Of a DNA stretch of 64,000 nucleotides, positions 28,095 to 41,396 are shown piece after piece. The notes beneath the pieces were generated by a model. The model searched no databases and was not told the origin of the DNA. It saw nothing but the letters and a program-made list of their open reading frames with translations. Position 1 is the stretch's first letter, and each line of letters begins with the position of its first letter. The stretch comes from Eledone cirrhosa (Eukaryota). Location: assembly GCA_964016885.1 (NCBI GenBank), contig OZ024743.1:276334001-276398000 (forward strand), in the 5' to 3' direction. Made by a program: the position numbers and the translations under genes.

Positions 28095-28415
28095 TATATT
28101 TAATTTTATTTAATTATACTAATTTTTATAAAACTGTGACCGTTTAAAGTCCAGTAATGCGTCCTAGGCAGCTGCCTAGTTAGCCTTAATGGCGTCGCCG
28201 ACCTTGATTACATCAATGTAAGAAATCAATACGTGGGAGGTGAACTGTATGGTACAGCTGTACAGAGAAAGCTGGTCACTACTTCTTATTGCTAAAGAAA
28301 ATACGATAATACCACATGTCACCAGATAATAGATTCAAACAACATGTGTATATGTTGATTTGTTTATTTGTGTTCATGCATGCATGTATGTATATACATA
28401 TACATATACATACAC

Positions 28416-28447
<32 letters not shown>

Positions 28448-28611
28448 GCGTGTGTGTGTAGGTTATTGTTATATTTATAATATACACGGTTAGACAAAAG
28501 GTCTGTGGCTTTTGGAAATTACGATTTTTCAATTGTTAAACTAATCAATCAATCAATTAACCACAGTAATACACACGCACACATACATACACATTATTAT
28601 TATTAGGGTAG

Positions 28612-29030
28612 AGGTGGGCGGTGGATTGGCAGTATCGGTAGAGGGTCGGACGCCATGCTTTGCAGCATAGAGTTACGGCCCTTTATGATCTGAGTTCAAA
28701 TCCCGCCGAGGTTAACTTTGTCTTTCACCCTTACGGGGGTCGATAAAATAAAGTACCAGTCATGCACTGGGGTAGATTTAATCGACTTTCCCCCTCCCCC
28801 AAAATTACTGGCCTTGTGCCTATATAAGAAACCACGAGGGCGGTGGATTGGTAGTATCGGTTGAGCATCGGACACCATGCTTTGCAGCATAGAGTTATGG
28901 TCCTTTACTGTCTGAGTTCAAATCCCTCCGAGGTTAACCTTGCCATTCATCCTTATAGGGTCGATAAAATAAAGCACCAGTAACGTACTGAGGTCGATTT
29001 AATCGATTTATCCCCCCCCCCCAAAAAAAA
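28612..29030 (+). mobile_element. Head-to-tail dimer of SINE S1
   Basis: Copies at about 28615-28832 and 28837-29030, each with A/B boxes; preceded by (ATT)4. Confidence 0.85.
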
Positions 29031-29099
29031 ACCCCAGATACACACACATGTATCTTTAGATGTTTATACTTGTGATGTATTTATATTGACATAATTTGA

Positions 29100-29676
29100 T
29101 ATTCCGAGGCCATAGTATATAGAATAAGGACGGGTTGGAAGAAGTTTAAGGAGCTGTTTCCTCTGCTGACGAAGAAGGGTTTCTCCCTGCGTACGAAAGG
29201 CCGGTTATATGATGCCTGTGTGAGGAGCGCGATGTTGCATGGTAGTGAGACTTGGGCAGCAACTGCAGAGGATATGCGACGGCTGGAGAGAAATGAGGCA
29301 AGCATGCTCCGTTGGATGTGCAATGTCAATGTACGTGAACGACCCAGCATGGATGTGTTGAGAGAGAAACTGTGTCTGGGTGGGATAGTATGTAGTGTGC
29401 GAGAGAGGAGACTTGGAGGTATGGATATGTGATGCGAATGGAGGATGACCGATGGGTGAAGAAATGCCAGGAAATGCCAGTTGAAGGAAGATGTAGTAGA
29501 GGTAGACCACGAAAAACATGAGCAGAGGCGGGGAGAACAGACTTCATATCGCTGAAGCTCACGGTGGAGATGACGAAGGACTGTGACAAGTGGAGAGATG
29601 CTGTGCTGAATAAGATCCGTCCCATCCTTGCAAGCAGAGAGAAGCGGACGTAAATGATGATGATGATGATGATGAT
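29100..29676 (+). mobile_element. 5'-truncated RTE (BovB-like) LINE 3' end with (TGA)n tail
   Basis: KGRLYDACVRSAMLHGSETW...ERNEASMLRWMC and, after a frameshift, VEGRCSRGRPRKT: the characteristic RTE ORF C-terminus. Confidence 0.85.
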
Positions 29677-29689
29677 AATCTTCCTTAGT

Positions 29690-30936
29690 ATATAGTACTA
29701 TCTTTTGTATTTCTTCTATACGCAGGCTTCCAGGGATTTGGGATAAGTAATCATTAGACCCTTTAGGTATCATTCCTAGAACGCCTACAACCACTGGTAT
29801 TGTTTTAGTTCTCAATTTCCACATTTTTCCAATCTCTATATCCAGGTCTTTATACTTGCTCAACTTTTCAAATGTTTTTATAGATACAATCTTGTCTATA
29901 GGAACGGCCATGTCAATTAGCAGGCGTACCCTCTTTTTAAAGTCTTTCAGTATTATATCAGGTCTATTTGCATCTATTTTTCGGTCTGTTTGGATGCTAA
30001 AATTCCACAAAATTGAGATGTAACCTTTTTCAAGTACGGGAGGTGGTTGATGCTCCCACCAATTCTTTTGATGGTGCTGGTCAAAATGCTTACACATTAC
30101 CCAGTGTATGTATTGTGCAGCTATGCCGTGCCTGTTTAGGTATTCGGTTGGAGCTATAGGACTAGACATTGAGATTATATGATCAATGGTCTCTGGTTTT
30201 TTTTTATAAACACGGCATTATGGGTTTCATCCATTTGTTATGATGTTGGCTTGATAATTTTTTGTTGGCAGACACTGATCTTGTGCTGATATAATCAGTC
30301 CTTCAGTCTCCAATTTCAGTTCAGAGGATGCCAACCACTGATGGGTTAAAGTTGTCAACATCAGGATTGTTAGCTCTTTCTGGGTATTTTCCATACAGAG
30401 GCCTTTCTTGCTATTTCTTAGCCAGTTTCTTTAGAAGTTCTTTCTTTGCAGATACTTTTCCTTGCTTTGCTTTTTCTATATTTTTTATTTCAGCAGTAAA
30501 GGGAACTTCTGAAATTTGTAGTCCATTACTGTATCTTTGTGCATCTTTTTTAATGGAATATGATCTTTTGATGCTTTCGTGTTTCAAAACGAGTTTGGTC
30601 ATCCAATCATGTGATTCCCTTAGATATGTAGATAATCCAATTGTTCCAGTTTTCAACGCAATATCTAACTGGAGTAACCCACGTTCTCCTTCTTCCCTAG
30701 GTAGATATATTCTATCTGTATCTGCCTTAGGGTGATACATTCTGTGCATGGTTAAGAATTTTCTAATTTTCGTATCGAGTTTACAGATCTCTGCGCTTGA
30801 CCAGTTGATGACATTGAAACTGTAAGTTACTACTGGTATGGCAAGTGTATTTATGGCATCGATCCTATTCCTTGCATTCAATTCCGTTCTTAAAATTGCT
30901 CTTACTCTGCGGTAACATTCCTTCCTTAGCCTTAAC
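29690..30936 (-). mobile_element. 5'-truncated R4/Dong-type LINE (RT thumb, CCHC remnant, restriction-like endonuclease)
   Basis: AINTLAIPVVTYSF, HPKADTDRIYLPR.EG.RGL, ETEGLIISAQDQ, ETIDHIIS, YLNRH, RPDII...IDMAVP and EKLSKYKDL. Frameshifted; the 5' end abuts (TAA)n. Confidence 0.85.
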
Positions 30937-30955
30937 ATTATTATTATTATTATTA

Positions 30956-33900
30956 GTCGTTGAAGCAAATGGACGTACTATCGTGAGCTCGAAAGTTCGT
31001 TTTTTTCTACGGTTTGAAATACGTTTGTCATTAATATTATTGTTTCAAACGGCAAATAAGACTTTAGTCTTTGCCCCCAAGAAAGGACACCCCATAATAT
31101 TTGGGCATTTTGGCCCAAATATTTAAGCTTTGTGTGTTTAAAAAAAAAAGTTTTTATAAAAAAAACAAAAAACATGGCGGAGCCAACTTCGAGTTTGCTA
31201 TCTTACGACAGCGTGTCAAAAATAAAATGGCTTATAAGGCTGCCCCTCCCGCAACGATTTTAAAATGTAACAACACATCAGGCAATATCGCCAACACCAG
31301 TACCAACAACAGTGAGAACAAAAATGACAACAGCAGCAACAGCGACATTACCAAAAACAGTAAAAAAAACCCAAAACAGTCGTGAACAAGAACGACAACA
31401 GCACCAGCAACAACGACAGGAAAATCAACGACAATTGCAATAATGACAACAACAACTGAAAGAACGACAACAAAGACAACAATATCAACAACAGTGACAA
31501 CCACAACAACAGCAGCAGCAACAATATCAACGAAAACAACAACGAAATTAACACCACTAACCAGAACATAAACAGCGACAGCACCAACTGAAACAATACC
31601 AACTGCACCGAGAACAACAACAACGGCGGCACCAACGATATAACCAACTGTAACAGTGATAACAGAACAACACTAACAAGAACAACGACAACAACAACAC
31701 CAACGATAACAACAAGAACACTTTCGCTGCGACAGCAGCCAAGAAAAGGCCATGCTTCAACATGGACTTGACAGACAAGGAAACAAAGTTGGCCCAGGCA
31801 CGAAAGCTTATCATATAGGAGCAAACCTGGGCCAACTTAACTGTCCCGGCAGAGGTCATTGAAGCGGTGGAAAAGAGAACTCTGGTCTTCAGATGCATCT
31901 CAGCTGAGACGAAAAGAGCCACAAACTCTCCCCAAGCAGACGTCGAGGCTGCGCTGAGGTGCATCAGAGGAGATACAGAGTACGTAGCGAGGGGTCAACA
32001 ATACGGCACCTTCTCGGTGCTGTTTAAGTCGGAGGCCCTCGCTTTGAGGCACTTGACAACCCCTTGCAAAACCAGCAAGGTTATTATGTACTCTCCCACA
32101 TGGTAAAAAGAACAATTAGAGTCTGCATTCCCAGGATTCCACCTGGACTAGATATGTAGTGGCTCTTGGGATGCGTAATTGTGGAGGGGTCAGATGTCGT
32201 CCCAATAGAGGCAGGGTGGCCGGATTTCTTTAGACACCTGGAGGCCTTTCTGGGTGCGTCTCATCCTTTACTGTTAGCGGGGGACTGGAACGGCATCTTA
32301 GACGCACGCTGGGACGGTGTGAGAGTATCCGATAGGAGCGGGTGTGTGTGTGCGAAAGCCTCATGTACCTGATCAGCCAGTTCCAACTGTCTGACAGGTA
32401 CCGACTAGATTTCCCTAATGTGCTAGTGTGGACCTGGACAAATCGTTTAGAGACATCTAGATCGTACTTAGATAGATTTCTAATTAGATTAGTGGATAAG
32501 GATAGGGTGTCCACAATTACATACGGTCGCCTATTCAGGTCACAAGTTTGTGATCTGTATGGTCGACTAGATAAGACGCGTTGGTTATGACCTGGTTACT
32601 GGAAGCTGAACATGTCACATCAGGCTTACAGGGACCGGGTCAACAATTTAATTAAGAAAAAGTTGACAGGGGAAGTCGTCAACAATAGATGGTGGGGGGC
32701 TCTCAAAAGAGAGATTAGTGGCATTGCAGCTGACGTGCTAGCGGCGAGAATGGCATTAGATCATTTCTTCAATGCGAACACGAAGGTTGCATTGTCAGAG
32801 CTAAGGCGCGTGCTCTGAGAAACGAAGGAACCAAGCTGTTCGATGGGCCCGCATGGCATAGGCGGAGCGTGGTAATAAAACGATGATTCGGTCTTCGACG
32901 AATCGAGACGGACACGAGCTGAGCGATTCCAAGAGGATGTGTGAGGCCTTTCGCCAACATTTTGCTCGGTTGTTCGAGGGAAGTGGCGGGTCAGAGACGG
33001 TGGCGGAATTCAGTCCCTACCTCGATGGCTTGCCGCAACTCTCGACGGCCGACTCTGAGCGTTGCGAAAGGCCGATTACTTCAGCCGAGATTCAGGATGC
33101 CCTTGTCGGCTGCATGAGGCGCAAGTCTCTCGGTTTGGATGGTCTGCCCTACGAGCTTTACGTAAATATGCCATACTTGTTCTCCGATCTTCTCGAAGCG
33201 CTCTACTGCAACTGGCAGCAGAACGGGAGTATTCTCAGTTCTGTGAGCCGGGGCATAGTGACGCTGATAAGGAAAGACGAGAACAAGAGGGACACATTAG
33301 ACAATTTCAGGCCCATAACTCTGCTCAACACAGAGTTTAAGATTTTGGCCAAGGTGTTAGCGAAGAGGTTGGCGCTTGTCGTCGTGGATTTGGTTGGGGA
33401 GACGCAAACTTTCGCAATCCCAACCAGGTCCATATACGACAACCTCCACCTGATGCGATACATCATAGAGAGGGTAGGGTGTAAACCTGGCTTCGTTGGG
33501 CTCTGATCAATTTAGATCAATCGAAAGCATTCGATAGGGTCGACCATCGGTACCTGGAGGCTGTCCTCAACGCGGCTGGCTTCGGCCCCGTCTTCAGAAA
33601 CTGGATCACTGCAATGCACAACGGCACCTGCTCGGTGGTCAAAGTTAATGGCCACCTCTCGGAACCGTTTCAGATCTCCCGATAGGTCCGTCACCGGTGC
33701 CCTCTCTCCTCCCTTCTGTACGTATTGACTCTTGAGCCTTTACTTCGGAACTGGAGCTGTTGCAGGGCATCTCGCTCGAACCGGGACGCGGAAAGGCTGT
33801 GTCCGCTTATGCGGACGACATCACCGTGATGGTGTCGGACACCTCAGAAATCGAGGTGGTCGGCAACTTATTGGAAGAATATGAAAGGTTGACGGGAGCA

Positions 33901-35007
33901 AAACTTAAACCAGAAAAGTCGGTGGGCTTGCAACTCGGCACCTGGAGAAGCAAATCCATGCCGCCCAACAGCGTCGTTGGGCGCTGGACGGACGGACCGG
34001 TAAAGTTGCTCGGGGTTTGGTTCGGGCCAGACCTCCAGGTGGATAAGAATTGGGACGAGGTGACGGGCAGGGTAGCCAGTCTCACACAGAAATGGGCAGC
34101 GAGGAAGCTATCACTGAAAGGTCGGGCGGAGGTGGCGAACGCGTACATCGCGTCCGTCATCTACTACCGCCTGACCGTCGTCTCTTGCCCCCGTTCGCGC
34201 CTCGCCAACTTGGAACGGCTCCTCTTTCTTGTGGAGGGGTCAGGTTCCGTTGTTGAGGCGGTCCATCTGCTGCCAGCACCCTCTACGTGGAGGCTGGACA
34301 TGCAGTAGCTAATGATGCGCAGACACGCACTGAGGCGGCGGCATCTCCAGATATTCTGCCTAAACGGCGAACGGGTGTGGTCGCCGTTTGTCAGACGGGC
34401 CTTTCCGCAGCTCGTCTCTTTGACTGAGCTGCAGTTCTAGGTCAAGAAGAGACCGAGACTGGGTGACTGGCATCTGGAATGTTGCCAGGCACTCACTTCC
34501 CTCTAACAGGCGGGCAATGCGGTCAGCGGAACTTCCACTCTCGAGTTCTATAGAGGATTAGTGGTGGGCAAGTGCGATGACGTACTAGGAGAGGCTCTGG
34601 GCGTCGACGAAGTCGAACTAACCAGTCTGTTCCGGAGGACTTTCGAGCCGGGGACGATGGATAATTTCCAAAAATCCCTCGCTTGGCAGTGCTACAGGGG
34701 GACACTGCCGATTCGAGATAAACTCTACAGGCACGGAAGTGCTGTCAGACGGACCTGCCCGAGATGCGCGCAGAGCGGCGAGACCGTTCTGCACGCACTC
34801 GTCCAGTGTCCGTGCATTACTGACTTGTGGTGGGGTACCTGAGCGAACCCTGAGTGGTCATCCTCCCTATTGGTAAATTTTTCTTGTATTTTTCTTGTTA
34901 CGTTGTTATTGTTATTCATATTGTTTACTCGGTTTTTCTGTAAAACCCCACTGTCCCAGTCTTTTGTATTGTCTCCTATATGTCGGCCCTTGTGGCCAAT
35001 AAATGAA

Positions 35008-35046
<39 letters not shown>
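30956..35046 (+). mobile_element. Tx1/L1-type LINE copy A (family II), decayed with internal deletions
   Basis: 5' UTR and ORF1 start MAEP at 31174. ORF1 and ORF2 remnants are highly similar to copy D (YADD near 33808). AATAAA at 34998 and (ATT)n tail at 35008-35046. Confidence 0.9.
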
Positions 35047-38000
35047 GAATGGTTGACGGAGGCTCGGCTCTGTAAGGTATAGTAATTTTTAACCGTTATA
35101 ACAATTGTAAATTGTTTAAAACTTGAACCAAATTGTAGATAAAGACACCCTCCTCCTCGTGATGGGTATTTCTGCCCGTTATTTGGCACTTCGGGGTTAA
35201 ATAACCAGTTATTGGGGTTTTGTGCCCAATATTCATTTTAAACCGTAAAAAAAAAACATGGCTACAAAAAAGAATATTCACAAGTCACTCCCACTCCTTC
35301 CGTCTTCTTCTTCCTCAATCGTCATTACGTCAGAGAAAAGATTGTCTCTCTCCCTCTCTTCTCTAAATGTGGTATCGCCTCTGTCGCCTCTTTCGCAAGC
35401 GACGCCATTAAAGAAAAAGAAAAATGTAGTTTCTCGTAGCGTTCTTCATCAAGAGAACGCGCGCACCGTGGAACATTTCTCCACGACGACGACAACAACG
35501 AAAGATGTGTGCGATAAATACGGAAAGCCATTTCATTCGTCTGACGTCATGAAGGATAGCAGCAGCAGCCGTAATAACAGCAGCAGCAGCAACAGTGGCG
35601 AGGAAAATACTAGTAGCAGCCGCAACAACATCAGCAGCAGCAGCATAAACAACAACAGCAGCAACAGCAACAACAACAGCAACAGCAGAAGCAGCAACAA
35701 CAACAACAACCACAGCAACAGCGGCGGCGGCGGTCGTAGTACCAGCAGCAACAACAAAAGTAACAGCAGCTCTGACGACAACAACAACAACAGCAAGAAA
35801 GAAAAACCAATCTCGTTTGCAGGTATCGCAAAGAACCTGGAAACCATCCTTATAACAAATGAGGAATTACAGCAAGCAAAGAAGATGGTGACGAAAACCG
35901 GACACCGAGCAATATGCAAGGCGGCCGAAACATTTTTCGAAACCCAACAGCACTACGGTCACGTACCGTACAGTAAGCACAAAATCCCGTAGGGTTGAAA
36001 GAGCCACATAGGCTCAAATACAAAAAAGCCTTAGGGTCTGTGTGACAGCTGAAAACGCATATCACCCGAGGCAAGAAATATGCCACCGTGGATGTGCTTT
36101 TTACCACACCCCAGGAAGGAAAGGCTCAATCCTTAGTGACCCTAAGGAGCGAGAAAATGGTGTTGGTGCCCTCCTACTGCGGGCAAAAAATTGTGAGGGT
36201 CAAACTGACCCACGTCCCCCCCCGAGATGGCCTCTTCTTGGCTGGCCGCGTCTGTCCTCGTCGGAATCGAGGACAAAACAACTGTACTGCAAGTACAGAA
36301 AAGAGTAAGAGAAGATTGGGTCGGCACCTCCATTGAGATGTTAATCCAAACCAACCAGGAGTGAATCGAAGCTATCCCGGATGTGATAGACTTCGATAAC
36401 GGCACTCAACTGCCCATAAGTGTTGAGGGCAAACGCCCGAAATGCTTTCGCTGTGGATCGAAGACTCACCTCAGGGCCTTCTGCAACGAGAAGACCCTGA
36501 GAAACGAGAAAACCCCACTCCTTCCGAAACCGGCTCCACTGCTACCAGCAACAGAACAAGCGGCAACAAGGAACGATAGGTCCGTGGCACCCATACCCAC
36601 GCCACGGAAATCAAGAACAGCAGCAGCAGTGGAAGTATTAACAACAACAGCAGTAATACCAACTGCAGCTCCAACAGAGACTCCACTGCAAACATCACCA
36701 ACAACAACAAGTGAAAGAGTGGAGCTGGTACCCCTCCCCGACCTCACAGAATCAGACATGGAGTGTGAGGTGGGAGTGGGATGGCAAAACGTCGCAAGAA
36801 GGCACAAACGCAGAAGCAGCGCATCGTCGCCTTCGAAAAGGGAGGAAAGAAATGAAAACAGGGTAAAGGCTACTGCAAAGAGACTCACAGCAGCAACATA
36901 ACCAACACCATCACCACCCACACTAGCACCACCATCACCACCGGCGACAACCCCACCGCCAACAGTAACAACACCTTCAACACCACCACCACAAGCACCA
37001 ACATCGCAAACACAACAACAAAACACACACACCAGCAACAACGACAAGAAAATAGCAGAACCACACCCCACCTCCAGAAAAACAAATGCACGGCAATAAA
37101 TACACACAACAAGAAACTAATGATTTACATAATTGAACACACAGACATTTCACAGCACGACTACATAATACCAGCACCAATCAAAACACCAACGAACATA
37201 AGACTGGTAAGAATAGCACAGAAACAATACACAAACATTAAAACGAAATTCCCCAACGCAGTTGGTGATTTCAGAGACCTAGGAGGGACTCTCAACCGGA
37301 GAGTATATTCGGACATACTCATAGAAGAGCCGACGACCAGCCGAAGGGACGATTTAACGGTCCCTTCACCAGACGATCAAGTGAAAAGGGATGGAGTAAC
37401 CATCCTTCCTCTACGAAAAGTACGGTAAGTGGTCGTTCCCATCTTTTCCACTCCATTTCAACATGACCTCACTCAGAATAGGCAGCATAAATGCGGGTGG
37501 CTTGGGGTCGTCATAGAAGCAGGGCCACCTGCTCAACGACCTCAGGTCACTAAACATAGATGCAGTGGCCATCAGCGAGACCAGAATCTCCGAAGCACGG
37601 GCCTTCGCACCGATCTTCGGCGGCTACGATGTGTACGCATCTCCCAGCCGTCCTGGATCGGGGGGTGGGGGGGGGGGGGAATTGCTGTGCTTTTTCGGAG
37701 AGGTTTGGATCTCGCAATACGGGCCATCTTCCTGAACCCAGAGGGTAAGTTGGTGGTGCTGGACGTGACCAGCGGAGACGGGCAAGCTTTCAGGCTAGTG
37801 GCCGTCTATGCCCCGACAGGAGCAGGGCGGCCTGATTTCTTCCGGCGTCTGGAGACCTTTCTTGGAACGTCCCGCTCTTTAGTGTTAGTGGGCGACTGGA
37901 ACGGGATCTTAGATGACGCTGGGATTGTGTGGGATTAGTGGATAGGGGAGGAGGGTGCAAGAGCCTCACCAACCTGCTCAGGCGTTTTGAACTGTCTGAC

Positions 38001-41000
38001 AGGTACCGATTGGATTTCCCGAATGTGCCAATGTGCACTTGGGCAAATCGTATAGGGTCATCCAGATCATATCTGGATAGAGTATTTTATAGGGAAATAG
38101 ATAGGTCTAGCATAGGCTGTCCACAATTCAAGATAGTCAGCTACACGGACCATAAATTCGTGATCTGTGTGCTTGACTTAGATAGGCTTCATAGACGAGG
38201 AGCCGGCTACTGGAAGCTAAACACGTCATTACCAGCGCGCAAGGCCTACAGAGACCGGATTAGCGAACTAGTTAAGCGGGCGTTGACGGGGGCCATCGTC
38301 AACAACAAGTGGTGATTTGCTCTGAAAAGAGCGATTAGAATAGAGTCCATTGGGTTTAGTAAGGCTTTAGCAATAGAGAAAAATAGAGCAGAGGGAGAAC
38401 TAGTTAAAAAATTAGACGAGGTGCTTAGCAAAGGCAATCGCGACCGACGTGCTTGCGGCGAAATTGGCCCTTGATCAATTCTTCAATGCAAAGCACGAAG
38501 GCTGCATTGTCAGAGCTAGGGTGCGTGCTCTCAGACACGAGGGGACGAAAGCCGTTCAATGGGCCCGAGTGGCGGAGGCGCGTCGTGGGAACAAAGCCAC
38601 GATCCGGTCTTTGGTGGACCACGACGAGCGTATGCTACTAGATCCCAGGCAAATGTGTGAAGCTTTTCAGCGACACTTCGCTCAGCTGTTCGGGGGCAGT
38701 GGCGGGCCGGATCGAGGGATGGACTTTAGTGTCTACCACGACGGACTGCCGCGGCTCTCGGCCACTGAGGCGGAGTGTTGCGAAAAGCCGATAACAGCCG
38801 CTGAAGTACGGGAGGCAATGACTGGCTGCACAAGGGGTAAATCGCCTGGTTTGGATGGTCTGCCCTATGAACTTTACGTACAGATACCAGACTTGTTCTG
38901 AGGCCTCTTGGCGGACGTCTACTGCAACTGGCAACAGAACGGGAGAATTCCCAGCTCTGTGAGCCGAGGAGCGGTGGCACTGCTGAGAAAGGATCCGAAC
39001 AAGGGGGATAACATAGATAATTTCCGGCCCATAACTCTGCTAAACACAGAGTTCAAGATTTTGGCCAAGGTGCTAGCAAAGAGGTTGGCGCTTGTCGTTG
39101 GTGGTCTGGTGGGAGAGGCGCAGACATGCGCCATTCCCGACAGATCCATCCACGACAACCTCCACCTCATGCGATACATCGTAGAGAGGGTAGCTAGGGA
39201 ACCTGGCACGGGTGGGTCTTTGATCAATTTAGATCAGTCGAAAGCTTTCGATAGGGTCGACAATCGTTACCAAGCGGCAGTCCTGAGGACGGCTGGCTTT
39301 GGGCCCGTCTTCAGAGGCTGGATCGCTGCCATGCACAGCAACATCTGCTCTGTGGTGAGAGTGAACGGTCACCTTTCGGAACCGTTCAACATCATGCGCT
39401 CGGTCCGCCAAGGATGTCCCCTCTCGTCCCTCTTGTACGTATTGACTCTCGAGCCATTACTGCACAAACTGGAGACGTTGAGGGGCGTCCCGCGCGAACT
39501 AGGATGCGGAAGATCCATGTCAGCATATGCGGACGATGTCACCGTAGTGGTGTCGAACGCCAAACAAATCGAGGCGATCGGCACTACAGTAAGAGAATAC
39601 GAAGCGGTGACAGGAGCAATGATCAACCAGGAAAAGTCAGTGGGCCTGCAGCTCGGCACCTGGAGAGGCAGGTCCATGCCGTCCAACAGCGTCGCCGGAC
39701 GCTGGACGGACGGACCGGTTAAATTGCTAGGGGTCTGGTTCGGTCCAGACCTCCAGACGGACAAAAACTAGGACGAGGTGACGAGCAGGGTGGCTTCTCT
39801 CACCCAGAAATGGGCGGAGAGGAAGCTATCCCTGAAAGGTCGAGCGGAGGTGGCTAACGCGTACATCGCGTCTGTCATCTGCTACCGCCTGACCGTCGTA
39901 CCTTGTCCTAAGCCCCGCCTGACTGCGCTGGAGCGTTTGCTCTTTCGCTTTTTGTGGAAGGGACGCGCTCCGATGGTCAGGCGGTCCATCTGTTGTCAAC
40001 ACCCACTACGTGGAGGGCTGGGCATGCCGTGGCTGATGATGCGCAGACACGCGCTCAGGCTACGACATCTCCACCTCTTCCTCGACGGTGATCAGGTGTG
40101 GTCGCATTTTGCTAGACACGTCTTTCCCCAGCTCGTTTCCTTGACGGAGCTGCAGTCCTGAGTCAAGCGAAGACCGAGAGGGAGCGCCTGGAGACTGGAA
40201 TGTCTTCAGGCGCTCACAGCCCTTGGACAATCGGGCAATGTGATCGGTGTAAACTCCACCTCGGCGTTCTATAGAGGATTAGTGGAGGGGAAGGGTGACG
40301 ACGTTCTTGGGGAAACTCTAGCGTCGACGAAAATCAACTAGCCAATCTCTTCGGAAGAACTTTCGGGCCGGGGCCTATGGACAACTTCCAGAAATCTCTG
40401 GCCTGGCAGTGCTACTGAGGAGCCTTGCCAGTTCGAGATAAACTCTACAGGTATGGAGGTGCCGTCAGCCGGGCATGTCCGAGATGCGCGCAGGGCGACA
40501 AAACCATCCTGCACGCAATCGTCCAGTATCCGAAAATTGATGACTTGTGGGTTTGACTTGTGGGTTTATATCGAACACCTGCTGTCGCGTGTAGGACGGA
40601 TCCGGCTATCCTCTGAGTCTATCGTGAGGATTGACCCGCCCCCTTCCTTTAGCCGGGAAGGGCAGGCAGTTTTTATCTGTCTGGTGACCATGGCGAAAGA
40701 GATAGTATGGTGGACACGTTTGAAAGGGCTGAAGACGATCACTTACCTCTTCGGTGATGCCCTGATCGACTTTTTCAAATTTCATTTGAAAAGGAAAATC
40801 AGAGTAGAGAGGGAAGTGCTCTCTTCCCAGCATATTGTTGAAAGATGGGTGAGAGAAGCAAGAATGGCCCGAGTGAATGGGCCTACTCTGAGTATGTATC
40901 TGTAAATTAAAGGTGGAAAACTGGGAGAGGGCACTTGCCTTGGTGGTCAGGGTCACTGTGGTCTTATACTGGGATTTCACCACAAATATCCCTCCGAAGT

Positions 41001-41153
41001 CTCCCCCCTATTGGGGAATTTTTCATTGTTATTTTTTGTTACATTCTCTGTTTTTGTTTTTTACACGCACAAATGCCCATTTGTACCGTCCTGTATTGTC
41101 CTGCACTGTCCTTAATGTCTACTTTATGTAAACCCTTGTGGTTAATAAAGAAA

Positions 41154-41188
<35 letters not shown>
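35047..41188 (+). mobile_element. Tx1/L1-type LINE copy B (family I), full length, disrupted
   Basis: ORF1 35258-37428 carries the knuckle CFRCGSKTHLRAFC. ORF2 37463-40905 has stops and frameshifts. AATAAA at 41144; (ATT)n at 41156-41188. Confidence 0.92.
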
Positions 41189-41396
41189 GGCGACCTACGT
41201 AGTAAATCGTATCATCGTGAGCTCCGCAAAGGTTTGTTATTTCCGTTTGTTAAAAATTGCCATTTATGGAAAATTTTATTGTTAACTGTTTATAAGCACA
41301 CATACATTGTTTTCCGAAAAGGACACCCAAAAAGATTGGGGCCTTGTGCCCAAAATTTTAACTTTTATTATTATCAAAAAATTTCTTTGAAAAAAA

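Noticed and set aside
28615-28705. tRNA gene
   Set aside because: A and B boxes belong to a SINE head; no cloverleaf, and it continues into the SINE core.
29081-30169. 362-aa ORF as a single gene
   Set aside because: Chimeric: the Dong-type endonuclease frame reads through (CAT)n into the antisense of the RTE fragment.
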